From the NCBI GenBank assembly GCA_041648735.1, contig JBAZOO010000005.1, positions 65,862-129,861 of the forward strand: a stretch of DNA of 64,000 bases. Reading direction: 5' to 3'. Origin of the DNA: Lentisphaeria bacterium. GTDB taxonomy: Bacteria > Verrucomicrobiota > Lentisphaeria > Oligosphaerales > CAITYL01. Positions 16,247 through 25,841 of this stretch are shown here, in pieces. A model generated the notes under the pieces. The model had not been told where the DNA came from, ran no database searches, and saw nothing but the letters and a program-made list of their open reading frames with translations. Both the position numbers and the translations under genes were made by a program. Each line of letters starts with the position of its first letter. Positions within the stretch are counted from its first letter, which is position 1.

Positions 16247-16547
16247 GGCCTCGTTGGGGGCGGGAGAGGTGCTGCCGGCCAGCCCGTCGTCGCTTGGGCC
16301 GCGGCAGCCGCGCCATGGGGTTGTCGGACAATCCGCGCGTAACTTATCTGCAATGTAACGGGGCGGCCGGCCGAATGCAACTCTTCACAACTCCCCCCAA
16401 CTGAAGTGAAACCCGGCCGGGATTCCGGGGGGCCGGCGAAAAATGGCGCGGTGACGCGCTGTCGCGCTGTCGCGGTGGCGCAATGGCGCGTGGCGGGGGG
16501 TGGTGGGGGGTGCCTCTCCCCAGGGGCGGTCCGTCGGGGGAAATTGG

Positions 16548-16556
16548 TGATATAGT
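16548..16556 (+). promoter_or_regulatory. extended -10 promoter candidate (TGaTATAGT) for metX
   Basis: TGATATAGT lies 35 nt upstream of the metX ATG. There is no good -35, but the TGn extension is present. Confidence 0.3.
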
Positions 16557-16590
16557 GTGCCGCTTGCCGCCAAGGCGGATTTTCCTTCCC

Positions 16591-17805
16591 ATGACTACGC
16601 ACTCCCATGACCATGCGCCGGTGGCGGCAGCGCCGGCCGCCAGCGTTGAACCGGGCTCGGTGGGGCTTGTCCAGCCGCGCCGGGTGGAGCTGTTCGCGCC
16701 GCCGGCCGAACTGGAGCTGGTGAGCGGGGCGCGGCTGGGGCCGGTGACGGTCCAATACGAGACCTACGGCCAGTTGAACGCGGCCCGGGACAATGCGATC
16801 CTGATCTGCCATGCGCTGTCGGGCGACGCCCACGCCGCCGGGCGCCATGCGCCGGAGGAGCGGGAGCCCGGCTGGTGGGATTCGGCGATCGGCCCCGGCA
16901 AGGCGTTCGACACCGACGAGCACTTCGTCATCTGCTCCAACTTCCTCGCCGGCTGCAAGGGCACGACGGGGCCGTCGTCCCCCGACCCGGCCACCGGCCG
17001 GCCCTGGGGGATCCGCTTCCCGATGGTGACCATCCGGGACATGGTCTCGGTGCAGCGGGGGCTGATTGACCATCTGGGGATTCCCCGGCTGCTGGCGGTC
17101 GCCGGCGGCTCCATGGGCGGGATGCAGGCGCTGGAATGGGCGGTGAGCTGCCCTGACCGGGTCGAGGCGATCATCCCGATCGCCACCACCTGGCGCCTCT
17201 CGGCGCAGGGGATCGCCTTCAACGAGGTGGGGCGGCAGGCGATCTATGCCGACCCGAACTGGAACCAGGGCGACTACTATGCCGGCCCGTCGCCCGACGC
17301 CGGCCTGGCCATTGCCCGGATGATCGGGCACATCACCTATCTCAGCGACCAGTCGATGCACCGCAAGTTTGGGCGCAACCTCCAGGGGAAGAGCAACTAC
17401 GACTACAGCTTCGCCACCGAGTTCCAGGTGGAGAGCTACCTGCGCCACCAGGGGGAGAAGTTCATCCAGCGCTTCGACGCCAACAGCTACCTCTACATCA
17501 CCAAGGCGATGGACTACTTCAACCTCGGCGAAGGGTTCCCCTCGCTCCGGGCCAGCCTCGGCCGGCTGCGGGCCAAGAGCCTGCTCATCGGCTTCTCCAG
17601 CGACTGGCTCTTCCCGCCGGCCGAGATGCGCGCCATCGCCAACGCCTTGCGCGGCAACGGCGCCGACGTCACCTACCTCGAAATCCACTCCGACGCCGGC
17701 CACGACGCCTTCCTGCTCGAGACCGCCGGCATCACCCGGGCGATCCGCCCCTTCCTCCGCTGCGCCCACACCGAGCTGCGCCGCCGCCGGGAGGTGAGCT
17801 TATGA
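16591..17805 (+). CDS. metX: homoserine O-acetyltransferase MetX
   Basis: Start is the internal ATG (MTTHSHDH). Alpha/beta hydrolase with NAILICHALSGDAH, nucleophile motif GGSMGGMQALEW, and DWLFP. Followed by metW with an ATGA overlap. Confidence 0.9.
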   Translation: MTTHSHDHAPVAAAPAASVEPGSVGLVQPRRVELFAPPAELELVSGARLGPVTVQYETYGQLNAARDNAILICHALSGDAHAAGRHAPEEREPGWWDSAIGPGKAFDTDEHFVICSNFLAGCKGTTGPSSPDPATGRPWGIRFPMVTIRDMVSVQRGLIDHLGIPRLLAVAGGSMGGMQALEWAVSCPDRVEAIIPIATTWRLSAQGIAFNEVGRQAIYADPNWNQGDYYAGPSPDAGLAIARMIGHITYLSDQSMHRKFGRNLQGKSNYDYSFATEFQVESYLRHQGEKFIQRFDANSYLYITKAMDYFNLGEGFPSLRASLGRLRAKSLLIGFSSDWLFPPAEMRAIANALRGNGADVTYLEIHSDAGHDAFLLETAGITRAIRPFLRCAHTELRRRREVSL

Positions 17806-18455
17806 GCGCCGCCGCCCAGGCCGCCGCCGGCCGCCCGGCCGAAGCCGTCAATCCCTTGCAGCGGAATGACTTCCGCGTCCTCGTCGAGCTCGTCGAGCCG
17901 AACTCCCGCGTCCTCGACCTCGGCTGCGGCGACGGCGCGCTGCTGGCGCTGCTGCGCGAGCACAAGCAGGCCACCTGCTATGGCGTCGAAATGGATCCCG
18001 ACGGCATCCTCGCCTGCATCGGCAAGGGGCTCTCCGTCTTCCAAGGCAATCTGGACGAAGGGCTGCGCGACTTCGAGGACCAGTCCTTCGACTACGTCGT
18101 CTCCGACCAGTCCCTCACCGAGGTCCGCCGCCCCGAATTCATGATGCGCGAAATGCTCCGGGTCGGCAAAAAGGCCGTCTTCTGCTTCCCCAACTTCGCC
18201 CACTGGCGCATCCGCCTGCAACTGCTCTTCCGCGGGCGGATGCCGGTGGACGAGGTGATCCCCTTCCAGTGGTTTGAGACGCCCAACATCCACCACCTCA
18301 CGGTGGCCGACTTCCGCGCCTTCTGCCGGCACCATGGGATGCGGGTGCTCGACCAGTACTTCTTCCGCTCCCTGCGCGGCGGCCGCGTCAGCCGGGCCAT
18401 GGCCTTCCCCAACTGGTCCGCCGCCTACGCCCTGTTTGTCACCGCGCGGCGGTAG
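17802..18455 (+). CDS. metW: methionine biosynthesis protein MetW
   Basis: SAM-methyltransferase-like VLDLGCGDGALL, plus the MetW-typical FPNFAHWRIRLQLLFRGRMP. Confidence 0.85.
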   Translation: MSAAAQAAAGRPAEAVNPLQRNDFRVLVELVEPNSRVLDLGCGDGALLALLREHKQATCYGVEMDPDGILACIGKGLSVFQGNLDEGLRDFEDQSFDYVVSDQSLTEVRRPEFMMREMLRVGKKAVFCFPNFAHWRIRLQLLFRGRMPVDEVIPFQWFETPNIHHLTVADFRAFCRHHGMRVLDQYFFRSLRGGRVSRAMAFPNWSAAYALFVTARR

Positions 18456-18485
18456 CCTAGGCGGAACCATTCAGGGGAAGATGAA

Positions 18486-18530
18486 CTTCGATTTGACTTC
18501 GTGCCCGTCGTGACTTTGTGGTGAAAAGAA
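18486..18530. repeat. half-copy of the low-GC TTCGTG/TTTGTG element family
   Basis: GACTTCGTGCCCGTCGTGACTTTGTGGTGAAAAG resembles the right arms at 13622-13665 and 14921-14954. No partner arm was seen. Confidence 0.5.
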
Positions 18531-18549
18531 CCGGTGGAGAGGCGAATCC

Positions 18550-19173
18550 ATGAGCGCATCGCGAACCCCCAAGCCCCCGCGCGTCCACAAGCACACCCTG
18601 GTCGAGATGAACGTCCCGGTCTACCGCGCCCGGCGGGATGCCGCCTTGGCGCGGGCCCTGGAAATCCTCCGGCGCGACTTGGAGACGGGCGACGAAAAGC
18701 ACCGCCTGGCCGTGTACGCCCGCTGCGAACGGCTCCTCGACGAGGCGATCCACGCCACCCGCCGCACCCTGCTCAGCCACGACGCGCCGTTCCTCCGCTA
18801 CCTCCAGATCCTCCACGACACCGTCGGCCTCAACCACGTCCTGCTCCGCCATGCCCATGTCCTGGCCAAGGAAACCAAGCAGCTCGCCCAGTTCATGCAG
18901 ACCCAGACCGCGGAGCTGCGCGAAATCGACAACGACTTCTGCGTCAGCGAGAAACAGCTCCGGCTCTGCATCGGCCGCCTGCTCGCCTTCGGCGAACCGC
19001 TGATGAGCCGCGAGGCCGACGACCGCCAGCAGCGGCTGCATCCTGACGACCTCCGCCGCTACGACCTCGCCCGCCGCGAGTACGACGCCTATTACCGCCA
19101 TGCCGAGCTGCCCGCCGCCGCGCCGCCGGCCCCTGACGGGCGCGCCCTTGCCAAATCATTAGCGGGGTGCTAA
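18550..19173 (+). CDS. hypothetical protein (207 aa, predicted helical)
   Basis: ORF track. Protein-like composition. No family recognised. Confidence 0.45.
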   Translation: MSASRTPKPPRVHKHTLVEMNVPVYRARRDAALARALEILRRDLETGDEKHRLAVYARCERLLDEAIHATRRTLLSHDAPFLRYLQILHDTVGLNHVLLRHAHVLAKETKQLAQFMQTQTAELREIDNDFCVSEKQLRLCIGRLLAFGEPLMSREADDRQQRLHPDDLRRYDLARREYDAYYRHAELPAAAPPAPDGRALAKSLAGC

Positions 19174-19176
19174 AGT
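19148..19176 (+). promoter_or_regulatory. sigma-70-like promoter candidate for the cysteine desulfurase gene
   Basis: TTGCCA-17 nt-TAAAGT, 43 nt upstream of the ATG at 19219. Confidence 0.4.
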
Positions 19177-19218
19177 TTCTCCGCGCCGGATCGCCGGCCC
19201 CGCCGAAGGAACCCAGCC

Positions 19219-20421
19219 ATGCCCGACCAGCCCATCATCTACCTCGACAACAACGCCACCACCGCCATCGCCCCCGAGGTGCTGGAGGCGATGATGCCCT
19301 ACCTGACCCGCTGGTACGGCAACCCCTCCAGCCCCCATGCCTTCGGCGACCGGGCCAAGCGCGGCGTGGACAAGGCCCGCCAGCAGCTTGCCGCCCTCCT
19401 CGGCGCCGAGCCGGACGAAATCCTCTTCACCGGCTGCGGCAGCGAGGCGGACAACGCGGCGATCCTCAGCGCCCTGGAGAACGACCCCCGTCGCCGCCGG
19501 GTCGTCACCAGCGCCGTCGAGCATCCCGCCGTGCTCAGCCTCTGCAAGGTTTTGCAGCAGCGTGGCTACCATATTGACTACCTGCCGGTGGATAGCCATG
19601 GGCGGATCAGCCTGGAGCGGCTCCGCGCCCTGGTCAGCGAAGAGACGGCCATCGTCTCCCTGATGTGGGCCAACAACGAAGTCGGCAACCTCTATCCCGT
19701 GGAACCGGCCGCCGAGATCGCCCACGGGAAGGGCGCCCTCTTCCACACCGACGCGGTGCAGGCGGTGGGCAAGGTGCCGATCAACCTCAAGGCGACGGCC
19801 ATCGACCTGCTCTCGCTCAGCGGCCACAAGCTCCACGCGCCCAAGGGGATCGGTGCCATCTACCGCCGCCGCTTCACCCCCTTCCACCCCTTCCTGGTCG
19901 GCGGCCACCAGGAGTTCGGGCTGCGCGCCGGCACCGAGAACGTCCCGGGGATCGTCGCCCTCGGCCAGGCCGCCGAGCTGGCCGGGGCGCACCTGGAGAC
20001 GGAGCGGACCGCCGTGGCGGCGTTGCGCGACCGGCTGGAGCGGGGGCTGTTGGCCGCCTGCCCCGACCCGGTGGTCAACGGCGACCTGGAGAGCCGCCTG
20101 CCCAACACCAGCAGCATCAGCTTCAAGTTCATCGAAGGCGAATCGATCCTCATGCATCTCGGGAAGTGGGGGGTCTGCGCCTCCTCCGGCTCGGCCTGCA
20201 CCTCCGGCTCGCTGGAGCCATCCCACGTCCTCCGGGCCATGCATGTGCCCGAGATCGCGCTCCATGGCACCATCCGCTTCAGCCTCAGCCGGTTCAACAC
20301 CCCGGAAGAGATCGACCTGGTCATCGCCAAGCTGCCGGCCATCGTCCGCCGGCTGCGCGAGATTTCGCCCTATGGCCGCCTGGCGGGTGGTTGTGCCGCC
20401 TGTGGCGGCGGGAATGCCTGA
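19219..20421 (+). CDS. cysteine desulfurase, NifS/IscS class I
   Basis: YLDNNATT, the PLP-lysine context SLSGHKLHAPKGIGA, and the active-site loop SSGSACTSG. Confidence 0.9.
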   Translation: MPDQPIIYLDNNATTAIAPEVLEAMMPYLTRWYGNPSSPHAFGDRAKRGVDKARQQLAALLGAEPDEILFTGCGSEADNAAILSALENDPRRRRVVTSAVEHPAVLSLCKVLQQRGYHIDYLPVDSHGRISLERLRALVSEETAIVSLMWANNEVGNLYPVEPAAEIAHGKGALFHTDAVQAVGKVPINLKATAIDLLSLSGHKLHAPKGIGAIYRRRFTPFHPFLVGGHQEFGLRAGTENVPGIVALGQAAELAGAHLETERTAVAALRDRLERGLLAACPDPVVNGDLESRLPNTSSISFKFIEGESILMHLGKWGVCASSGSACTSGSLEPSHVLRAMHVPEIALHGTIRFSLSRFNTPEEIDLVIAKLPAIVRRLREISPYGRLAGGCAACGGGNA

Positions 20422-20477
20422 AGAATGGTCTGGCCCGCGCGGAGTTTCAGCCGCGGAACTTCAAGGAGACGCCTGAG

Positions 20478-20990
20478 ATGCCTGCCCAAGTCGCCCTGCT
20501 GATGGGGAGCAAGAACGACCTGCCGAAGCTGCAACCGGTCCAGGAGACCCTGGCCAGGTTCGGCGTGGAGCTGACGACGCGGGTGATGTCGGCGCACCGG
20601 ACGCCGGAGGCCGTGGCGCAATTTGCCGGCGAGGCCGCCGCCAACGGCTACAAGGTCATCCTCGCCGCCGCCGGTGGCGCCGCGCACCTGGCCGGCGCCG
20701 TTGCCGCCCACACCACCTTGCCGGTCATCGGCATTCCCGTGGAGGGCGGCGCCCTCAACGGCCTGGACGCGCTGCTCTCCACCGTCCAGATGCCGGGCGG
20801 CATTGCGGTGGCGGCGGTGGGGATCGGTTCCGGCGGCGCCATGAACGCCGCCCTCCTGGCCGTCCAGATCCTGGCGTTGCAGGACGCGGAACTGGCGCGG
20901 CGGCTCCGGGAGTTCCGGGCGGAGCAGCGGGAGCAGGTGGCCAAGGCCGACGCCGAAGTGGCCGCCCTCGAGGAATTCCGGAAGCGGTGA
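20478..20990 (+). CDS. purE: 5-(carboxyamino)imidazole ribonucleotide mutase PurE
   Basis: 170 aa from an internal ATG in the frame of ORF 19665..20990. Motifs [31 protein letters not shown]. Confidence 0.9.
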   Translation: MPAQVALLMGSKNDLPKLQPVQETLARFGVELTTRVMSAHRTPEAVAQFAGEAAANGYKVILAAAGGAAHLAGAVAAHTTLPVIGIPVEGGALNGLDALLSTVQMPGGIAVAAVGIGSGGAMNAALLAVQILALQDAELARRLREFRAEQREQVAKADAEVAALEEFRKR

Positions 20991-20998
20991 AGGGGAGA

Positions 20999-21868
20999 AT
21001 GGCCATGGCGGGCGGATGGTTCACGCGGATGATCGGATCGGGACTGGCCCTCGGGGCCGGCCTGGCCGGGGCGGCGGCCACGGACTCCGCGCCCGTGCCC
21101 GCGGTGGCGGCGGCGGTGCGGACTGCGCAACCGCCGCGGGCGCTGGAGATCCTGAGCACCGCCCAGGAACGCGGCCTGCTCACGCCGGAATTGGACCGGC
21201 AGCTCAGCGAGCTGATCCTCAAGGGGCTCGGCGGCGGCGCGGTGCTGGGCGCTCCCGACGCCTCTTCCGCGGTGGCGGCCCCGGCGGCGGGCGCGCCGCC
21301 GGAATGGGTGCGGTTGCCCAACGGGGTGCTCTATCTCTTCCTGCCCGAGCTGCCCGCCCAGCCAGAACGGCTGCTGGCCGCGGTGGCGGCCGCCGCCACC
21401 GGCGCGGGGCGGACTTGGGTGCTGGACCTGCGCTTCACCGGCGGCAGCGGCTTTGCCGCCGCCCGGACCGCCGCCGGCTGGTTTGGCCGCCGCGCGCCGC
21501 CGGTGGTGCTGGTCGGGCCGGAGACGGCCGGGGCCGGCGAGCGCCTGGCGGGGCTGCTCAAGGCCCAAGGTGCGACCGTGGTCGGCCGCCCCACCAGCGG
21601 GCGCTTCTGCGAACTCCGCAACTTCAAGACCGCCAGCGGCAGCGAATTCCGGCTGCCGGTGCCGGCGCCGCTGCCGCCCGGGGAGGAGGCGCCCCGGCAG
21701 GTGGCGCCGGACGTCCCGGTGGCGGCGGCGGTGCCCCGCGCCCAGGCCAGCGGCTTGACCGCCGAACGTTTCCGGGCGTTGCCGGACCGGGATCCGGCGC
21801 TGCGCCGGGCCGTTGACCTGGCGAGCCTCCTCCAGGCCTTCGAGCCGCGGGAGTGGCGGGAGCGATGA
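20999..21868 (+). CDS. secreted S41 (C-terminal processing peptidase)-like protein, possibly catalytically inactive
   Basis: Signal-like N-terminus. [12 protein letters not shown] resembles ILDLRNNPGG, and [35 protein letters not shown] aligns by eye with VVLVN.GSASASEI.AGAL....A.VVGE.TFGKG. The Ser and Lys positions appear to be replaced. Confidence 0.4.
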   Translation: MAMAGGWFTRMIGSGLALGAGLAGAAATDSAPVPAVAAAVRTAQPPRALEILSTAQERGLLTPELDRQLSELILKGLGGGAVLGAPDASSAVAAPAAGAPPEWVRLPNGVLYLFLPELPAQPERLLAAVAAAATGAGRTWVLDLRFTGGSGFAAARTAAGWFGRRAPPVVLVGPETAGAGERLAGLLKAQGATVVGRPTSGRFCELRNFKTASGSEFRLPVPAPLPPGEEAPRQVAPDVPVAAAVPRAQASGLTAERFRALPDRDPALRRAVDLASLLQAFEPREWRER

Positions 21869-23154
21869 ACGTCGGCCGCGCGATCCTCTTCGGGGTGTGG
21901 CTGCTTTCGGCTGGCGGCGGCGCCCTCCGCGGGGCGGAGACGGCGACCCTGGCGGCACCGGAATTGCTCCTGACGGTGACGGGCGGGACGGCGGCGGAAC
22001 GGCAGGATGTCCTTTTCCTGGTGCGCCAATCCCAGGAACTTCTCCAGGAGATTCTCCAGCTCGACAAGCCGTGGCCGGCCTTGCCGCTGGGGGTGGTGCT
22101 GGGGGAGGGGGCGCTGCCCGCGCCCCCCGCGCTGGGGGTGCGGCTGCCGGACGATTTGCCGCCGGTGGCGGCGTTGAGCCGCCTGGATCTCGCCGTGGTG
22201 GAGCGACTGCTGCTGGCCCGGCGCGGCGGCGGGATGCCGCCCGGGGCGCCGACCGCCACCGAGTGGCTGGCGGCGGCGCTCAACCGCCGGCACCGGGCCC
22301 GGCTGCTTGACGACCGGACGCCGTTGGCGGCCCTGCTGCCCGTCCGGCCGGGGGACCGGCTGCCGCGGGTGGAGGATTTGACCCAGCTCCCGGTGGGGGC
22401 GGAATGGCCGGCGCCGTTTGAGTTGTATGCCCGCCATTGCGACTTGCTGCTCAGCGTGTTGCAGGCGAACGAGCGGCCGGGCGAGGGGCGTGTCCGCCGG
22501 GTGCTGGAGCTGCAGGCCGCCGGCCGGCCGGCGCGGTTGGCGCTGGAGCTGGTCTATGCCGACCGGCTGGGGGCCGGGCAGGGCTTCCAGGAGTGGTTTG
22601 AAAAACAGGCGGCAGCCCTGCTGCGCCGGCAGCCGCCGCGGGTGCTGGCTGCCGCCGGGAGCGCCGCCCGGCTGGAAGCGATCCTGGCCGAGCGGGAGGC
22701 CGCCCGCCGCGCCGGAGAGGGGACGCGGGCGGGGACTTATCCGTGGGAACGGCTGCTCCAGGCCCCGCCGCCGCCCGCCACCGCCGTGGCACCGGCACCC
22801 GGGTTGCCCGCGATCCGCCGGCGTACCACCCAGGCGGCGCTGCTGGAGCTGATGCGCGCCGCGCCGCCGCCGCTCCAGCCGTCCCTCCTGAGGATTGCCA
22901 ACCTCTGCGGCCGTGACGCCATTGGGGCGGAGGCCGCCAGCCGCGATGACCTGGACCGGGCGCTGGCCGCCTTCCGCCAGGCCTGTGCGTTCCAGGAAAA
23001 GGTGGAGCGCTACCTGGAGGAGTTGGCGGGCATGGATCCGGCCAGCCAGGGGCTGATGGACTTCCTCGCCCGGCAGGCGGCGGAACAGGAGCGCCGCCAG
23101 CGCGCCCTCGCCCCCGGGCTGGCGGCTTGGCTCGATGGAGTGGAGCGGCCCTGA
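21865..23154 (+). CDS. secreted hypothetical protein (about 430 aa)
   Basis: ATGA overlap with the upstream gene. Signal-like [24 protein letters not shown]. No family recognised. Confidence 0.4.
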   Translation: MNVGRAILFGVWLLSAGGGALRGAETATLAAPELLLTVTGGTAAERQDVLFLVRQSQELLQEILQLDKPWPALPLGVVLGEGALPAPPALGVRLPDDLPPVAALSRLDLAVVERLLLARRGGGMPPGAPTATEWLAAALNRRHRARLLDDRTPLAALLPVRPGDRLPRVEDLTQLPVGAEWPAPFELYARHCDLLLSVLQANERPGEGRVRRVLELQAAGRPARLALELVYADRLGAGQGFQEWFEKQAAALLRRQPPRVLAAAGSAARLEAILAEREAARRAGEGTRAGTYPWERLLQAPPPPATAVAPAPGLPAIRRRTTQAALLELMRAAPPPLQPSLLRIANLCGRDAIGAEAASRDDLDRALAAFRQACAFQEKVERYLEELAGMDPASQGLMDFLARQAAEQERRQRALAPGLAAWLDGVERP

Positions 23155-23174
23155 GTTGGCCGCCCCCCGCCTCG

Positions 23175-24107
23175 TCAGTCGGTTGGGGGGGCGCCGGTGG
23201 CGGGCGAGAGTTGGCAGGGCTCCATGTGCAGGAAGATCTGGTGGACGCCGGGGCAGGCGTCTTCGAGCCGGCTTTTGATGGCGTGGTCGAGCGCATGGAC
23301 GTCGCCGATGCTCAATTTGGGGTCGACGAGGACGTGGAGGTCGAGGGCGAAGTCGTCCTGCCGCCCGCGGCTGCGGATCTGGTGGCAGCCGCGGACGCCG
23401 GGAATGGTGGTGACGACGGCGTGCACGGCCTGGGGATCAACCACTTGGGCGTCGCAGAGCACGTTGCAGGCGCCGTTGAGGATGTTCACGCCGGTTTTGG
23501 CGATGAACGCGGCAATGGCCAGGGAGGCGACGGGGTCGAGCCAGCGGCTGCCGAGGCGGGCGGCCACCAGGCTGCCAATGACCGAAAGGGAGACGTAGAG
23601 GTCGCTGCGGGTGTGGGCGGCATCGGCGACGAGGATGTCGCTGGCGAGCCGGCGGCCGGCCCGGCGTTCGTAGCGGGCGGTGAGGCCGTTGACCAGCATG
23701 GTGCCGCCCATGACGAGGAAGGCCCAGAGGCTGGCATCGACGGCCACCGGCACCGGCGCCCGCAGGCGCACCACGGCGGCCTTGAGCACATTGAAGCTGA
23801 CCAGGAACAGCAGGAAGGTCAGGATGATGGCGGTGAAGGTCTCGAACTTGCGGTGGCCATAGGGGTGCTTGCGGTCGGCCGGGCGGCTGGCGATGAAGAC
23901 GCCGACCAGCCCGATCAGGTTGTTCGAGCCGTCCGCCACGGAATGGAAGCCGTCCGCCAACATGCTGGCGGAGTTGGCGAGGGTGCCGGCAATCAGTTTG
24001 GCGGCGGCCACGGCGAGGTTGAGGCCGAGGACGATGAGCAGCACGCGGTTGATGGCGCCGGTTGTGGCGGGGGCGGCGGGCGGCGGGGATGCCATAGTCA
24101 TGGTCAT
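23175..24107 (-). CDS. cation diffusion facilitator (CDF) family divalent-metal efflux transporter
   Basis: Start is the internal ATG (MTMTMASPPP). Motifs SMLADGFHSVADG, HPYGHRKFE, AHTRSDL, and a C-terminal cytoplasmic domain ...HQIRSRG...DLHVLV. Confidence 0.85.
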   Translation of the reverse strand: MTMTMASPPPAAPATTGAINRVLLIVLGLNLAVAAAKLIAGTLANSASMLADGFHSVADGSNNLIGLVGVFIASRPADRKHPYGHRKFETFTAIILTFLLFLVSFNVLKAAVVRLRAPVPVAVDASLWAFLVMGGTMLVNGLTARYERRAGRRLASDILVADAAHTRSDLYVSLSVIGSLVAARLGSRWLDPVASLAIAAFIAKTGVNILNGACNVLCDAQVVDPQAVHAVVTTIPGVRGCHQIRSRGRQDDFALDLHVLVDPKLSIGDVHALDHAIKSRLEDACPGVHQIFLHMEPCQLSPATGAPPTD

Positions 24108-24215
24108 GGCGGGTTCCTTGCGATCCGGTTGAAGGGATGGGGTGGAAACCCGCGGCGCGCAGCCTGCTGCCAATCAAGCCTGAACCGCCCTCCCGGCGGC
24201 CCTGTCTCCGCCGCT

Positions 24216-24243
24216 ACTATAGCCGGCGGCGCGGCGTGCTCAA
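24216..24243 (-). promoter_or_regulatory. sigma-70-like promoter candidate for the CDF transporter gene
   Basis: On the minus strand: TTGAGC-16 nt-TATAGT, about 110 nt upstream of the ATG at 24107. Confidence 0.35.
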
Positions 24244-24262
24244 CCCTGGATCGGAACCGTCC

Positions 24263-25204
24263 TCAGCCGGCCGGGCCACGGCTGGAAGGAGGTGGCCGGA
24301 CGAGGGTGCTGAGGTTGAGGCTTTGCGAGATGGGGACGAAGGGCGGTGGCGGCGGCGCGGCCTCCGCGGTGGTCTGGAACCCCGCCGGATCCAGTTCGAT
24401 GGCCCGGAGCAGGGCGGCCGGCGGGAGGGCACGGTAGCGGCCATGGGCGCCGGGGGCGCTGGAGCGGATCGCCCGGGCCGGGCAGGCGGCAATGCAGCGC
24501 TGGCATTGCTGGCAGCGGGGGCCGAACTCCGGCAGGCGCGTGGCGGCCAGCGCCGGCGGCGTGATGTTCTGCACCGGGCAGAGGCGGACGCAGAGGCCGC
24601 AGCGGGTGCAGAGTTCGGAATTGGCCTGGAACTTGCGGCCGGCGCGGTTGAGCAGCCGTTCGCCGTGGGGCATGAGCCGGCGCAGGAGGTTCCAGGAGAC
24701 GCAGCCCCAGCCCGGCCAGCCGCCCTTGTCGTGGAGGAGCTGGTCGGCGAACGCCGCCGCGGCCGCATCGCCCTTGCCGAGCCGTTTCCCGCAGGCGGCC
24801 AGCGGCTTGCTGGCCAGGTAGTTGCTGGGCATCCGGATTTGGCGGATGGCCAGCGGCCGGTAGCCCTTCGCCTCCAGGAGTTGGCGCAGCGGGCGGGCCA
24901 GCATCCCGGCGGCGAATCCGGCCAGGGTGGCCACGGCGAAGGCTGGGGCGCCATTCCCCGGCGGGAGCTTTTCCAGGAACCGCCAGATGAAGGGGTAGGT
25001 GCTGCCCATGGCCACCGGGAAGGCGAGCCCAAGCATGCCGTCGGCGGCGATGCGGACCTCGGCGGGGTCGGCCATCTCAATGGCGCGCAGGTGGACGGTC
25101 CGGCCGGCCGCCTGCAAGAGGTCGGTGATGCGCTGGACCACCAGCAGCGTGTTGCCGGTGCCGGAAAACCAGTAGAGTTCGATGGGGCCGTGGCAAGGGT
25201 TCAT
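24263..25204 (-). CDS. EFR1-type ferredoxin (flavodoxin-like N-domain + 2x[4Fe-4S] domain)
   Basis: 313 aa from the internal ATG of ORF 24263..25783. YWFSGTGNT N-terminus, plus CTRCGLCVRLCP and CQQCQRCIAACP cluster motifs. Confidence 0.7.
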   Translation of the reverse strand: MNPCHGPIELYWFSGTGNTLLVVQRITDLLQAAGRTVHLRAIEMADPAEVRIAADGMLGLAFPVAMGSTYPFIWRFLEKLPPGNGAPAFAVATLAGFAAGMLARPLRQLLEAKGYRPLAIRQIRMPSNYLASKPLAACGKRLGKGDAAAAAFADQLLHDKGGWPGWGCVSWNLLRRLMPHGERLLNRAGRKFQANSELCTRCGLCVRLCPVQNITPPALAATRLPEFGPRCQQCQRCIAACPARAIRSSAPGAHGRYRALPPAALLRAIELDPAGFQTTAEAAPPPPPFVPISQSLNLSTLVRPPPSSRGPAG

Positions 25205-25295
25205 GGGGGTGGGGGCCGCGCCAAGGGCGGGGGCGGTTGGCCCACAACATAGGGAGGGAATCGGCCATCGCAAGTCACGGCGCCGTCCCCGGCCG

Positions 25296-25323
25296 TTGAT
25301 TTCAGCCGCGGCCCGGCTACAGT
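25296..25323 (+). promoter_or_regulatory. sigma-70-like promoter candidate for exbD-TPR operon
   Basis: TTGATT-16 nt-TACAGT, about 75 nt upstream of the ATG at 25398. Confidence 0.4.
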
Positions 25324-25397
25324 AGTTCCGCCGGTGGACAGTGTCGCCGCCGGCGGCCTTCGGCTTGGTGGGCCCGCAACAACGGGGGAGTCCAGCG

Positions 25398-25841
25398 ATG
25401 AATTTCCGCAAACAACTGTCGCCGGTGCAGACGGGGTTCCAGATCGCGCCGCTGATCGACGTGGTCTTCCTCTCCCTGATTTTCTTCATGGTCGCGGCCG
25501 TCACCGCCAAATGGGAGACGAAGATGGGGATCGTCGTCCCCACCGCCGATTCCGGCGTGCGCGCCCCCCGCGAACTGGGGGAAATCATCATCAACCTCGA
25601 TGCCGACGGCCGGATTTTCATCCAGAACGTGGAGATGAGCGCGGAGCGGCTGGAGAGCGTGCTGCGGACCATTGCCCGGGAGTACAAGGGGCAGCCGGTG
25701 ATCATCCGCGCCGACGGCAAGACTGCCCATGAGCATGTGATCGGGGTGCTCGACATCTGCCGGCGGGTTGACATCTGGAACATCGGCTTTGCGACCTTGC
25801 CGCCGCCGAAGGAGAAGGCGCGGAAAGGCGGGGCGCCGTGA
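25398..25841 (+). CDS. exbD: biopolymer transport protein ExbD/TolR
   Basis: Start is the internal ATG preceded by GGGGAG. Motifs IAPLIDVVFLSLIFFMV and VIIRADGKTAHEHVIGVLDIC. No exbB or tonB in the window. Confidence 0.8.
   Translation: MNFRKQLSPVQTGFQIAPLIDVVFLSLIFFMVAAVTAKWETKMGIVVPTADSGVRAPRELGEIIINLDADGRIFIQNVEMSAERLESVLRTIAREYKGQPVIIRADGKTAHEHVIGVLDICRRVDIWNIGFATLPPPKEKARKGGAP

Noticed and set aside
16234-17769. 511-aa minus-strand ORF opposite metX/metW, and similar long antisense ORFs (28710..30731, 32926..34752, 34655..36493, 36490..38109, 38171..40237, 43990..45870, 48301..50232, 56795..58444)
   Set aside because: Each lies opposite a gene with clear family motifs (metX, ftsH, Memo-AMMECR1, DUF72/IMPase, permease, rny, tilS, gltX). 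Each also has a biased R/G/P/A composition.
24263-25783. Long N-terminal extensions implied by the longest-ORF track (e.g. 24263..25783, 7433..8773, 39795..40991, 28524..31043, 56528..58441, 2939..4360, 5825..6847)
   Set aside because: The extensions are P/R/A-rich and overlap neighbouring genes or promoters. Internal ATGs give N-termini that match the expected family starts, so the shorter coordinates were used.
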